NCBI GenBank assembly: GCA_041737745.1
Contig: JBGSRC010000001.1
Span: 18,866 to 82,865 of the forward strand
Length of the DNA: 64,000 bases
Reading direction: 5' to 3'
DNA from: Candidatus Caenarcanales bacterium
Lineage (GTDB): Bacteria; Cyanobacteriota; Vampirovibrionia; Caenarcaniphilales; Caenarcanaceae
The position numbers were made by a program, and so were the translations under genes. The notes below the pieces were generated by a model that was not told the origin of the DNA, did not search any database, and saw only the letters and a list, made by a program, of their open reading frames with translations. Shown here in pieces: positions 39,366-48,519 of this stretch (positions within the stretch are counted from its first letter, which is position 1; the number at the start of each line of letters is the position of its first letter).

Positions 39366-40376
39366 CTACCCAAAACTCAAACTCAATTGCTCGGCAGAAA
39401 CAGGAGCACTCTTTAAACCCTGCAAAGTCAAACCCTCCCGCAACATGATCTTCTTAGCAAGCGGCGATAAAATCTCACCAGTCAATGTCTCATAAGTAGC
39501 ACCACCAAGCCGGTAGTCAGCTTTCAAAACATGACTAACCCGACCAGTAGAGAGAAAACGTTCAACAGCTCTCTTCTCTCCCTCTGGCTTGTGTGGCGAA
39601 TAAACCCCAATAGCAGTCCCACCATAAGATTCGACAGTGCAAAACATCGGGATATCGGTATAGCCATCTCCTATCACAACCATATCGGAGAAGGGAATGC
39701 GTTTTTGATGCACTTTCTGATTGACGTAGTTTGGCATGTTGTCTTTGTGCTCATCTGAAACAAAGCCCTTCTCGATCATGAAAAGACAAGGCACCTTGTC
39801 CGGATAGCTGAGCGGAAGCTGGGGGTATTCGATCCGGCCCTCTTGATCAAACATGAAATGACTGGACCAGAATTGCTTAAAATGCTCGATGATCGGAATG
39901 TTTTTGATCAGACTATGGATGCCACTGCTTATAGCGTAATGTTCCACTTTCACTAGACCCTTAGAGATCTCGTTTACATACTCGCTCAGTCGGGGAAGTA
40001 GATCTATTACGCCTGGAAGAAGAGGAGCCCTGTGCCCATAGTCTTCCATCATTTGTCTGGTGATTGGTTTTTTTCCTGCTTTCTCACGCGCTTGTGATTC
40101 TTGGATCATGTTGTGCATATAAAGAAAAGCTGGATTACAGTTTTTGAGATTTTTGTTGCGTTCAAAGAATTCGACTGGATCAAGGTCCAGTGCTTCTCGC
40201 AAGAAATTACTGGTCAAATCGCCTTTTTCGTTGCCGAGCGCCGTGTCGTCTAGATCCCAAGCAATAGCAATGAAGGCTTGTTTTTGGCCAGCTACGCTAG
40301 GTAGAACTCTGATTTCCTGTTTTGGCAAAGATCCGTTTCGGCTTGCAAATAGTTTATTTATTGTCATGAATTTCAA
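39366..40376 (-). CDS. HAD superfamily hydrolase (large-cap type), function unknown
   Basis: Motif I IAIAWDLDDTAL (DxDxT) and motif IV VVIGDGYTDIPM (GDGxxD). 336 aa. Confidence 0.5.
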   Translation of the reverse strand: MKFMTINKLFASRNGSLPKQEIRVLPSVAGQKQAFIAIAWDLDDTALGNEKGDLTSNFLREALDLDPVEFFERNKNLKNCNPAFLYMHNMIQESQAREKAGKKPITRQMMEDYGHRAPLLPGVIDLLPRLSEYVNEISKGLVKVEHYAISSGIHSLIKNIPIIEHFKQFWSSHFMFDQEGRIEYPQLPLSYPDKVPCLFMIEKGFVSDEHKDNMPNYVNQKVHQKRIPFSDMVVIGDGYTDIPMFCTVESYGGTAIGVYSPHKPEGEKRAVERFLSTGRVSHVLKADYRLGGATYETLTGEILSPLAKKIMLREGLTLQGLKSAPVSAEQLSLSFG

Positions 40377-40453
40377 GAACCCACCAAAAAAGTAGCACGC
40401 TTTAGGATACTGTCTAGTCGATTTGCGGTGCTAGGATTATAGATATTCAATTT

Positions 40454-41458
40454 ATGCGAATAGTCAAATACGCCACAGCCTGCAATCTCAAAACCAAAAA
40501 AGAGCATTTAGCGGCCAATGGCTTCGATCTAGACAAAAAAAGACCAAATCTGGTGATTTACACCACTATTTCTAGCAAAAACGCCAAAAAAATCAAACAA
40601 GACGAAATGATCCTCACCGATCAAGAGCTAGTCTTGGCCCACAGCAAAAATCTAGTAGGCGCTGAGCTCCCTCAAGCAAAACTGAACAATATAATACTGA
40701 AAAAAATCTCTCTTGATGGCGCAAATCTTCAGGGCGCTGATCTACGTAGGGCAAGACTGAACAAAGTCTCACTAATACGAACAAATCTCGCAAACACAAA
40801 TCTCAATATGGCCGTCTTGCGGGAATGCGACCTTCGGCTCACAAAGCTAGATGGCGCCAGCACTCAAAGTACAGACTTCTCAGAAAGCAAGCTGAGACCA
40901 GAGCAAATCCCACTTGAAACTAGAGATTTGGTTTTTGCTTTTCCGGTTAGCGGCAAAGAACATGTGGCTGCTTTGGCTAGAGCGATTTTGGGGCTAGATT
41001 TGACCCAAGGCCAACAATATCAGTTTGTGCGGGCTAGACCAGGACCACCAGCGCACGCTCACTTCTTAACAATAGAACTGACCGAAAAAGGCAAAAAAGC
41101 CAAAATAGAATATATTGACGATGAGCGGGTCTTGAGGAAATACAAGCTTCATTTCATCTACTCGCTTGACCTGCTCTCTGGAAAACTGAAGCTAGAAGAT
41201 GAAAGCCAGAGTGATTTCAAAGATGAAGCCCAAAGAGCAAAGCATCTAGAAAAGACTCCGCGCGCACTCTTGACAAATATTCTGAGCACCTTGACCGGTG
41301 ATGGGCCAGCTCATCAAGTCTTGGGCGGTCTAGGGCCACATGTCAGCCTTCAAGAAAGAAGAGGGGGCGAGATTTTTAGAGAAAAGATCTTTGTTAGGCA
41401 AGAGCGCACATTGCCTGTATCTTTGCGGAAGATGCTGCTTGCTTTGGTTGCTAGCTAA
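40454..41458 (+). CDS. Pentapeptide-repeat protein with uncharacterised C-terminal domain
   Basis: Residues ~65-140 form tandem A(D/N)LxG-type pentapeptide repeats (GAELPQAKLNNIILKKISLDGANLQGADLRRARLNKVSLIRTNLANTNLNMAVLRECDLRLTKLDGAS). 334 aa. Confidence 0.5.
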   Translation: MRIVKYATACNLKTKKEHLAANGFDLDKKRPNLVIYTTISSKNAKKIKQDEMILTDQELVLAHSKNLVGAELPQAKLNNIILKKISLDGANLQGADLRRARLNKVSLIRTNLANTNLNMAVLRECDLRLTKLDGASTQSTDFSESKLRPEQIPLETRDLVFAFPVSGKEHVAALARAILGLDLTQGQQYQFVRARPGPPAHAHFLTIELTEKGKKAKIEYIDDERVLRKYKLHFIYSLDLLSGKLKLEDESQSDFKDEAQRAKHLEKTPRALLTNILSTLTGDGPAHQVLGGLGPHVSLQERRGGEIFREKIFVRQERTLPVSLRKMLLALVAS

Positions 41459-41482
41459 TTTAAGTTAAAATTTTTATTTAAT

Positions 41483-42553
41483 ATGTCACTAGAAGAAGTC
41501 ACAATTTTCGTTATTCCTCGACAGATCTATGGCCAGTGCGTCAATTCGCTTAAGAGTATCTTTGAGCATCTGGGCAAGAATAGACCAACTATCATCTACC
41601 ACGCTGCTGGTTTGTCTAAAAAGATCAGAAAAGAGCTTGAAGAGGTAGCTAGTGGCTATTCGGACTTTCGTTTTTATGAGTCTGAGGGATATGACTTCAT
41701 CAGCCCAAATGAGGCCAGAAACTTGATGCTCTCTGAGCTTAAAGCCAATTGCAAGTACTTGATCACGATCGATACAGACGTAATAGTTCGGGCTGGTTGG
41801 TTGGAAAGTCTGGTGAGTTGCGCTGAAGAGACGGGGGCTGGGTTGGTTGGGCCCGCTTATATCGATAGTGACTTTGAGACGGGGAGAGTGCATATGCTCG
41901 GAGGTGGAGCTGATGTTCGGCCATGTACTGATGAGCCAGGAAAATTTCTTTTGACCGAAACTCTCTTTCATTTTGGCGAAAACTTTGCTGAGCTGGCGCC
42001 AAAACTAACTCATTATTTCAAGACAGAACATATAGAGTTCCATACTTGTTTGATTTCGCGTGCTTTTATCGAGGCTTTGATCGTTGCTCAGAGAGAGAGC
42101 GGCGCGCGGGGATTAGCTTTTGATGAGGGTTTTATGAGCTTGTCAGATCATCTGGACGCTTCGCTTGAGGCGAAGAGGCTTGGTTTTGGGGTTTATATTG
42201 AGCCACGTGCTGTGGTTTGTTTCCCTCAGCCAAAGGGAGCCGAGCTTTCGCCTAACGATTTCACTTTGCTGCAAATTCGCTGGTCAGATCGGTGGAATAG
42301 CGAGTCTATTAGGCACATAAAGAAAAAATGGAAGCTCTCCTCTAAAGATGTCTTCGCTGAAAGTTCAGCTTACTGGATGTCTTATCACAGAGGAAGGATA
42401 TTGTTTAAATCTTTGTTATCTTGGCTTCCATCAAGACTTACTAATTCAGGGAAATTCTTAAAGTTCTGTCTTATCTTTGAGTCACTTTGGAACAAGGTTT
42501 TATTTAAACTAAATGAGCATCGGATGTACAAGGGCGGGCAACAAATTAGCTGA
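41483..42553 (+). CDS. Putative GT-A fold nucleotide-sugar glycosyltransferase
   Basis: IFVIPRQ N-terminal beta-strand and a DxD-like ITIDTDVIV motif, followed by a hydrophobic region. 356 aa. Low sequence complexity toward the C-terminus. Confidence 0.35.
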   Translation: MSLEEVTIFVIPRQIYGQCVNSLKSIFEHLGKNRPTIIYHAAGLSKKIRKELEEVASGYSDFRFYESEGYDFISPNEARNLMLSELKANCKYLITIDTDVIVRAGWLESLVSCAEETGAGLVGPAYIDSDFETGRVHMLGGGADVRPCTDEPGKFLLTETLFHFGENFAELAPKLTHYFKTEHIEFHTCLISRAFIEALIVAQRESGARGLAFDEGFMSLSDHLDASLEAKRLGFGVYIEPRAVVCFPQPKGAELSPNDFTLLQIRWSDRWNSESIRHIKKKWKLSSKDVFAESSAYWMSYHRGRILFKSLLSWLPSRLTNSGKFLKFCLIFESLWNKVLFKLNEHRMYKGGQQIS

Positions 42554-42786
42554 TATCTTCAAAAGACTTTTTTAAACTCACTGGAGGTTACTTGAAGTAT
42601 TAATCTTGAGGGCTAGGCGCCCTCAAACTCCCCCAGAGTAAGAGAAGTATGAAGCTTCTACTTTGATTCGATTCTTGGAACGATCTTTTGCTTTCCTTTT
42701 AGCTGATATCTCCAAAAGACTCTTCTAAACTCACTTGAGGTTACTTGAAGCCTTAATCTTGAGGGCTAGCGCCCTCAAACTCCCCT
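42549..42786. repeat. Tandem duplication (~153 bp period) of an 85 bp unit ending in GAGGGCTAG(G)CGCCCTCAAACTCCCC
   Basis: Copy 1 at 42549..42633 and copy 2 at 42702..42786 (about 90% identity: GCTGATATCT.CAAAAGACT.TT.TAAACTCACT.GAGGTTACTTGAAG..TTAATCTTGAGGGCTAG.CGCCCTCAAACTCCCC). Lies in the intergenic region between convergent genes. Confidence 0.8.
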
Positions 42787-42841
42787 TGAGAGAGCACAAA
42801 GCAGCCTTCAAGGTAACAATTTAATGAAGCTTAAAGCTTCC

Positions 42842-44032
42842 TCAATAGCAAAGAATTACCTTAGCCCGATCAATCCAGCGATGTAAACGATTGAAACCAG
42901 GAACAGAAGAGTTCATTTCGTCTATCTTCACCGCTAAAGCCTCTTTGGTTTGAGCCGGTAAAATGCGGTTTAGTGCTTCTAGTATTTTAATCAAAAGCCA
43001 CCAAGCCAGAGGCCTAAAACCACTAAGACAAAAATGCACAAATAAACCAATAGCCAGCGAAAATCTCGACTTCCCCGAAATTTCAAGCACCCAAAAACAA
43101 AAACGCTGCCCAAATCGAAGCTCAGGAAGCAAAGCGGCCTTGTGTGGCACAAAAGCGCTGTGACCAGCCCCGTAAAAATCTAAAAGCTTATTGAATGGAC
43201 AGTTCCGGACAAGGTGAAACCACCAAGCTCTATAAAAAGCCAACAAATTTTGTGCATAAAGTTCCTCACTGGGCCAACTGAAAGTAAGCGAAGACTGAAA
43301 GGAAGTCAGTAGATCGTAAACGGCCATACTGCGTGAGTGAACGGCGCTTCCATCGCGACGACGATAAAAATAGACAATTTCCGGATAAAAAGAGATCCTA
43401 GCGCCAGAAACGAGCATCCGTCGCAAAAACTCCGTATCTTCAGTCATCGAAAGCGGCAGAAAAGCCTGATCTAAGCTCTCTTTTCCTAAGACCTCTTCTA
43501 AAAAAGACCGACGGTAAACTTTCCCCCAAACCACCAAAAAATTGCGATCGAGAAAAGCGAGCTCGCCCAAATCACTTAGCTTGAAAAGCTTGGACCCATC
43601 CTGACAGTTAGCTAAAAACTCGCTTGAAGCTTGGCGCTGCTTGGGGAGCTGGCCATCAGCAAACTCAAGATGATCGCCTATTACCAGATCCGCCCCGCTT
43701 GACTGAAGCAGACTGACCATTTTTTGGTGTGACCCCAAAACCATGAGATCGTCAGGGTCTACAAAACTAATAAAATTACCACTTGAAAGACCAAGCCCAA
43801 TGTTTCTAGCTTCGCCAATAGAGACTCTTGCTGGCAGTGTGTGAACTTTGATGGCTATATTTGGAGCGGTAAAAGAATTGATGATCTCAAGGCTTTGGTG
43901 CCAAGAACCCTCTGGATCTGGCTGAATAATGAAAATCGCCTCACAGGGCAAGCTTGATGTGTCAGGCAGGGTCTCGAGACAAGCACTTATCCAAGGATCG
44001 ACATTGTATATAGGAATGATCAAGCTGAGCAT
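42842..44032 (-). CDS. Family 2 glycosyltransferase
   Basis: N-terminal LSLIIPIYNVDPWISACLETL and DxD (SFVDPDD). 396 aa. Confidence 0.65.
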   Translation of the reverse strand: MLSLIIPIYNVDPWISACLETLPDTSSLPCEAIFIIQPDPEGSWHQSLEIINSFTAPNIAIKVHTLPARVSIGEARNIGLGLSSGNFISFVDPDDLMVLGSHQKMVSLLQSSGADLVIGDHLEFADGQLPKQRQASSEFLANCQDGSKLFKLSDLGELAFLDRNFLVVWGKVYRRSFLEEVLGKESLDQAFLPLSMTEDTEFLRRMLVSGARISFYPEIVYFYRRRDGSAVHSRSMAVYDLLTSFQSSLTFSWPSEELYAQNLLAFYRAWWFHLVRNCPFNKLLDFYGAGHSAFVPHKAALLPELRFGQRFCFWVLEISGKSRFSLAIGLFVHFCLSGFRPLAWWLLIKILEALNRILPAQTKEALAVKIDEMNSSVPGFNRLHRWIDRAKVILCY

Positions 44033-44067
44033 TAGTTAGTTATTCTACTCTTGAACGGCTCTATACT

Positions 44068-44424
44068 TTGACGATGTTGATGTATGTTCTCAAAGTGTTG
44101 ATCTCCGCTATTGTCATAGTGGCTGTGAGCGAGATCGCAAAAACTAATGCCTTATTAGGTGGTTTGATCAAATCCTTGCCTTTGGTCTCTTTATTGTCTT
44201 TTCTTTGGCTTTATATTGAGACGCAAGATCTAGGAAAGGTCGGGGCTTTGTCAAGCAGTACTTTCTATTTCGTTTTGCCTAGTTTGCCGATGTTTCTCTT
44301 GTTTCCTCTTCTCTTGAGGCAAAGCATCGGATTTTGGCTAGCTTTCGGGATCTCTGTGCTTTTTCTTTTGCTTTGTTACTGGTTGGCTTTTATGTTGATC
44401 CAAAAATTAGAGATCTCTTTCTAG
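44068..44424 (+). CDS. Small hypothetical integral membrane protein
   Basis: 118 aa with 4 hydrophobic helices. No motif recognised. Confidence 0.35.
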   Translation: MTMLMYVLKVLISAIVIVAVSEIAKTNALLGGLIKSLPLVSLLSFLWLYIETQDLGKVGALSSSTFYFVLPSLPMFLLFPLLLRQSIGFWLAFGISVLFLLLCYWLAFMLIQKLEISF

Positions 44425-44703
44425 CAGTTCGGTCAAGAGTGCGTGAATTTGCTCTGGGCTCTGAGCTTGCAGATCTTTTGCTTTCTCTCCGATAAGCTCA
44501 AGCTTTTCTGAGGCCTTCTTGACTAAAATTTCAAAGCCCTTTTGGTTGCCTCTTTGCTGGTGATAGAGCGCCACGCTCAGCTGAAGATATGCTTGTTGTC
44601 TGAGTTTGTTTATTGGATCGGATTCCAGCAGCCAGAGCTCTTCTAGGAGATCATGAAGACCATGATAGTCTCTAGCTTCCAGTGTTAGTAAAAAGTTCCC
44701 CAT
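44407..44703 (-). CDS. Hypothetical small protein (start trimmed to avoid antisense overlap with the dehydrogenase gene)
   Basis: The ORF 44407..44955 runs antisense across the N-terminal Rossmann region of the plus-strand dehydrogenase. An internal Met (MGNFLLTLEARDY...) at 44703 gives a 99 aa helical protein. Weak support. Confidence 0.25.
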   Translation of the reverse strand: MGNFLLTLEARDYHGLHDLLEELWLLESDPINKLRQQAYLQLSVALYHQQRGNQKGFEILVKKASEKLELIGEKAKDLQAQSPEQIHALLTELLERDL

Positions 44704-44721
44704 AGAAATTTCTAGTCTATA

Positions 44722-46051
44722 ATGACTGCCAGTATAAAAAAGAGTAAACATTTGACTTTGTCTCAGAATCAAAAAATCGCTATTATTGGCCTCGGCTATG
44801 TAGGCCTTCCCCTTGCTGTCGCTTTTGCTAAACGCTTTCCCACCACCGGTTTTGACCTTAGCCAATCCCTGGTCAGCTCGCTCAAGGCTGGTACTTGACC
44901 CGATGGGTGAAGTTGATTCAGCTGATTTGGTCGCTTCAGGCCTCACTTGCAGCACCGATGCCGCCGATCTCGCTCACTCAAATGTCTTTATAGTCACTGT
45001 CCCCACCCCCTGCAATAACGCCAATCATCCTGATCTGAGCTGCATCACGGCCGCCACTAAGAGCATTGCGCCGCTTTTGAAGCATGGTGATTTGGTGATT
45101 TATGAATCGACAGTTTATCCCGGTGTCACTGAAGATCTCTGTGTGCCTATTCTTGAGGCTGGTTCGGCTGGGCTAAAGCACAAGGTCGATTTCAATGTAG
45201 GCTATTCTCCTGAACGGATCGTGCCGGGTGATAAAGTCCATACGCTTCAGAAAATCGTGAAGATAGTCTCTGGTGATACACCTGAAACGCTAGAGCGGGT
45301 TGCTAGTCTTTATGAGCAAATCGTCGAAGTGGGCGTGCATAGAGCTGGTAGTATCCGTGCTGCTGAGGCGGCCAAGCTGGTAGAAAACATACAGCGTGAT
45401 GTGAATATTGCTTTGATGAATGAGCTATCGATTCTTTTCAGTCATTTGGGGATAGACACGCACGAGGTGATTCAGGCGGCGGCAACCAAGTTCAATTTTT
45501 TGGCTTTCACTCCTGGTTTGGTGGGAGGGCATTGTATTAGTGTCGATCCGTATTACCTTACACATCGGGCTTCCATTGCTGGCTATAAGCCAAACCTGAT
45601 GCTCTTTGCTCGGCAGATCAATGAGAGCATGGCTGACTTTGTGGCTGATAAGACTTTGCAGCTGATGCTGACTCATGGTCTGTATAGCAAGCAGTCTAAG
45701 GTCTTGGTTCTGGGAGTTACTTTCAAGGAAAACGTTTCTGATACTCGGAATTCCAAGGTTTTCGATTTGATTGCAAGGCTGAAATCTTTCAATTTGTTGG
45801 TAGAGGTGGCTGATCCACATGCTGATCCGGAGTCTGTGAGGAGACATTATGGGGTGGATCTGGTAGCTGAGCCTGCTCAGGGAGAGTATGCTTGTGTGCT
45901 TTTGGCTGTGCCGCACAAGATGTATATTGACAAAGGGTGGGAAACAGTGCAAAATTATCTTCACGTTAATAAATCCTCTTTGGTAGTTGATTTGAAAGCT
46001 AAGCTACCCAGAGATACAGTGCCCCCCCATATTACTTTTTGGAGACCATAG
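44722..46051 (+). CDS. UDP-N-acetyl-D-glucosamine/UDP-sugar 6-dehydrogenase (TviB/WbpO/CapL type), interrupted by an apparent +1 frameshift at 44896
   Basis: Frame A: MTASIKKSKHLTLSQNQKIAIIGLGYVGLPLAVAFAKRFPTTGFDLSQSLVSSLKAGT then TGA (44896..44898). Frame +1 continues DPMGEVDSADL...FIVTVPTP...VYESTVYPG...GYSPERI...PGLVGGHCI (catalytic Cys)...FKEN to 46051. Colinear with TviB-type dehydrogenases only if one nucleotide is skipped at ACT T GAC. Confidence 0.65.
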
Positions 46052-46055
46052 GTTT

Positions 46056-47360
46056 ATGTTTATCGAATATCAAATAATACCCACGATATTGATTGGCACT
46101 TATTCGCTCATACCTTTTGCTCTTGGGGGGCTTTTTCATTTTTACTTTCGCCAATTTGCTGTCAAAAAAGATTTCAGCTATAAACCTAGCGTAAGTATCC
46201 TTCTATCTTGTTATAACGAAGGTGAAGCAGTTTATAAAACTATTGAAAGTTTAGTCAATTCGAACTATCCCAAAGATAAACTAGAGATATTGGCTTTTGA
46301 TGATTGTTCTAAAGATGATAGTTTTTTCTGGTTAGAGAAGGCCGCCGAAGATTTTCCATGCGTCATAGCTAAAAGAAACTCGGTCAATAAGGGCAAAGCT
46401 CATACTCAAGTTGCAGCAGCAATGCAGTCAACTGGAGAAGTGCTTTTAGGAATTGACTCGGATTGTTATTTTGATCCTAATGCCATATCGGAACTTGTTT
46501 CATGTTTTAGTGAACCAAATATTGCCGCTGTCGGTGGGCAGGTCGGTGTTTCTAATGCAAACGCGAACTGGCTAACACGTTTCCAAGCTTACGAATACTC
46601 CGTTGTTTTCTTATTTAGCAAGGGCATGGAAAGTTTCTTTCGTAAAATACAATGTCTCAGTGGCGCTTTTTTAGCAATCAAACGTGAGCCATATTTCAAA
46701 GTTCTTCCTGATATAGTTAATAGGGAATTTTTAGGGCTCAAAGTGCCTTACGGAGAAGATCGTTGGCTTACTCAGATGCTTCTTTCCCATGGATATGGTA
46801 CTTATATGAACCCTGAGGCGCTTTGTTTTACTGAAGTTCCAAGCAAGGTTTCCGTTTACCTTAACCAGCAACTTAGATGGCGAAAAGGTGCTTTGAATTG
46901 TTTCTTCTCAAGTCTTTTTCAATGGAGCCATTTCAATAAAAATAGGAGTCTTTTTTGTTTTTTCTTAGCTTGTTTGCCGGCTCTTTGTATGCTCTCATGG
47001 CTTGCTTTATTTATAGACTCTTGGCTGTCTAATAATCTTTTTACCTTACTTTGTTTTTCACTTAAAGCAAACGTTGTTGCCACTGCTTTATTTGGCCTTT
47101 TTTACTTTGCTACAAAAAAATCCCTTCCCTATAAATTCGATTTTGGGCTAGCAGCCTTTGCTGAATCACAGCTATTACTGTGTCTTTGGTATCCAATTAA
47201 TGGACTTGTTTTAACAACTTTTTCATTTTTGACTCTTGACAATGTCGGCTGGGCAACCAGAGGCTCAGTCCCAGCAGCTGCTTCTCGGACATCGATAGAA
47301 CCAGAATCGACACCCTTAGAATTAATAGGAATTCCTGTCCTTGCAGGTCAAGCCAAATGA
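46056..47360 (+). CDS. Processive family-2 glycosyltransferase (cellulose/chitin/hyaluronan-synthase-like; D, DxD, ED, QxxRW motifs)
   Basis: SILLSCYNEGE, FDDCSKDDS, GIDSDCY, GEDRWL and QQLRWRKG. TM helices lie on both sides of the catalytic domain. 434 aa. Confidence 0.7.
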   Translation: MFIEYQIIPTILIGTYSLIPFALGGLFHFYFRQFAVKKDFSYKPSVSILLSCYNEGEAVYKTIESLVNSNYPKDKLEILAFDDCSKDDSFFWLEKAAEDFPCVIAKRNSVNKGKAHTQVAAAMQSTGEVLLGIDSDCYFDPNAISELVSCFSEPNIAAVGGQVGVSNANANWLTRFQAYEYSVVFLFSKGMESFFRKIQCLSGAFLAIKREPYFKVLPDIVNREFLGLKVPYGEDRWLTQMLLSHGYGTYMNPEALCFTEVPSKVSVYLNQQLRWRKGALNCFFSSLFQWSHFNKNRSLFCFFLACLPALCMLSWLALFIDSWLSNNLFTLLCFSLKANVVATALFGLFYFATKKSLPYKFDFGLAAFAESQLLLCLWYPINGLVLTTFSFLTLDNVGWATRGSVPAAASRTSIEPESTPLELIGIPVLAGQAK

Positions 47361-48415
47361 TTGTAGCTAAGCTTCATTCTATATATCTTGCTCTTTACCG
47401 ATCCGTTGGATTTCTCTTTTTAGTAACTCTTATCGGCGCGGTGTTCTTTTACTTTGGGGTGATGATCTTTTTCACTGTAAACAAATCATGGGCCCTTCCT
47501 GTTGTTCTCTCACCATCACAAGACAAAGTCCTCCAATACCAATCCCAAGCCGCCAACTTCAAATACACCCTCGAAAAACAAAAAATAGAACTGCAAGAAG
47601 CCGAAATAACCCTCACCGAAAAAACAAAATCCCTAGAACAACTGCGCACCCTTAAATCTAGACTGAATAAAACAATCAACACCGAAGCTAATCGCTCACA
47701 ACAAAACAGCCGCGCAGTGATTGCCATAGTCCCAGAAATGAAGACACTAATTAGCAGGGGAGAGAAGCTCAGAGAAAAATTGAGTGCCCTAAACGCTACA
47801 ACCGATTCTGAGCTTAAGGCTGGATTAATAACGAAAGACGAAGCCACCCTCAGACGCAAAGAAGAACTCACCTTCTCCTCAGACCTAGTCCAAAAGAAAG
47901 CCACAATCAATGCCCTCACCCAAGAAAGCCAAGAGCTGAACTCAGTGGCCAACACGCTCAGAGGAGGCACAGACTCACTAGCTAGCTCGCAGGTATACAC
48001 GTCATTAGCTGACCTAGACCTTAAAATCGCTCAGCTCAGTATAGACTTGCAGACACTAGAAGCCTCAATCAGTTCGCTGAGAGTGGCAGTGAGCGAAGCG
48101 GAGCGGGTCTTAGGGGTGATGGAAGACAGTCCTCATTTTCTAGCGCTCACAAAACCGGTGAACATTGCTTTTGTGCCTTACGAAAACATCAATGATCTGA
48201 AGGAAAATACCCCTGTTTATGTTTGCTATCTGAAGTTTTTGTTTTGTCATAAAGCTGGAAAAATCGAGAAAGTCTATGATCGCTCTGAAGAATACGCCCG
48301 CCATCCAGTGTTTGCAACTGAGCTGAAAGGACGTTTTTTGAGGATCAATTTTCGCTCTAAGGAAGACGAGCAGAGCGAGGTTATATTTATTGGCCGTAGG
48401 CCTTTGTTTGTCTGA
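47357..48415 (+). CDS. Membrane-anchored coiled-coil protein (HlyD/periplasmic-adaptor or polysaccharide co-polymerase-like)
   Basis: N-terminal TM helix, then about 200 aa of coiled coil, then a C-terminal beta-rich domain. ATGA overlap with the synthase gene suggests translational coupling. 352 aa. Confidence 0.4.
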   Translation: MIVAKLHSIYLALYRSVGFLFLVTLIGAVFFYFGVMIFFTVNKSWALPVVLSPSQDKVLQYQSQAANFKYTLEKQKIELQEAEITLTEKTKSLEQLRTLKSRLNKTINTEANRSQQNSRAVIAIVPEMKTLISRGEKLREKLSALNATTDSELKAGLITKDEATLRRKEELTFSSDLVQKKATINALTQESQELNSVANTLRGGTDSLASSQVYTSLADLDLKIAQLSIDLQTLEASISSLRVAVSEAERVLGVMEDSPHFLALTKPVNIAFVPYENINDLKENTPVYVCYLKFLFCHKAGKIEKVYDRSEEYARHPVFATELKGRFLRINFRSKEDEQSEVIFIGRRPLFV

Positions 48416-48519
48416 GTAAGCTTGAAGCTTCACCCAATTGAAATGAAACATTGCTTTGGTCTTATCGGCTGCTTTTTGCTTTCTGCTCTCAAGGAGGAGT
48501 TTTCAAGTCATCCAGCTAT

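Noticed and set aside
44896-44898. UGA reassignment (genetic code 4/25) as the explanation for the in-frame TGA in the dehydrogenase gene
   Set aside because: Read-through in frame meets another stop within 4 codons, and homology resumes only in the +1 frame. RF2 (the UGA-decoding factor) is present, with a UGA-based frameshift site. Several genes end with TGA.
44704-44955. Upstream part of minus ORF 44407..44955 as coding sequence
   Set aside because: It overlaps, in antisense, the conserved Rossmann N-terminus of the dehydrogenase. It was trimmed to the internal Met at 44703, and even the trimmed gene is low-confidence.
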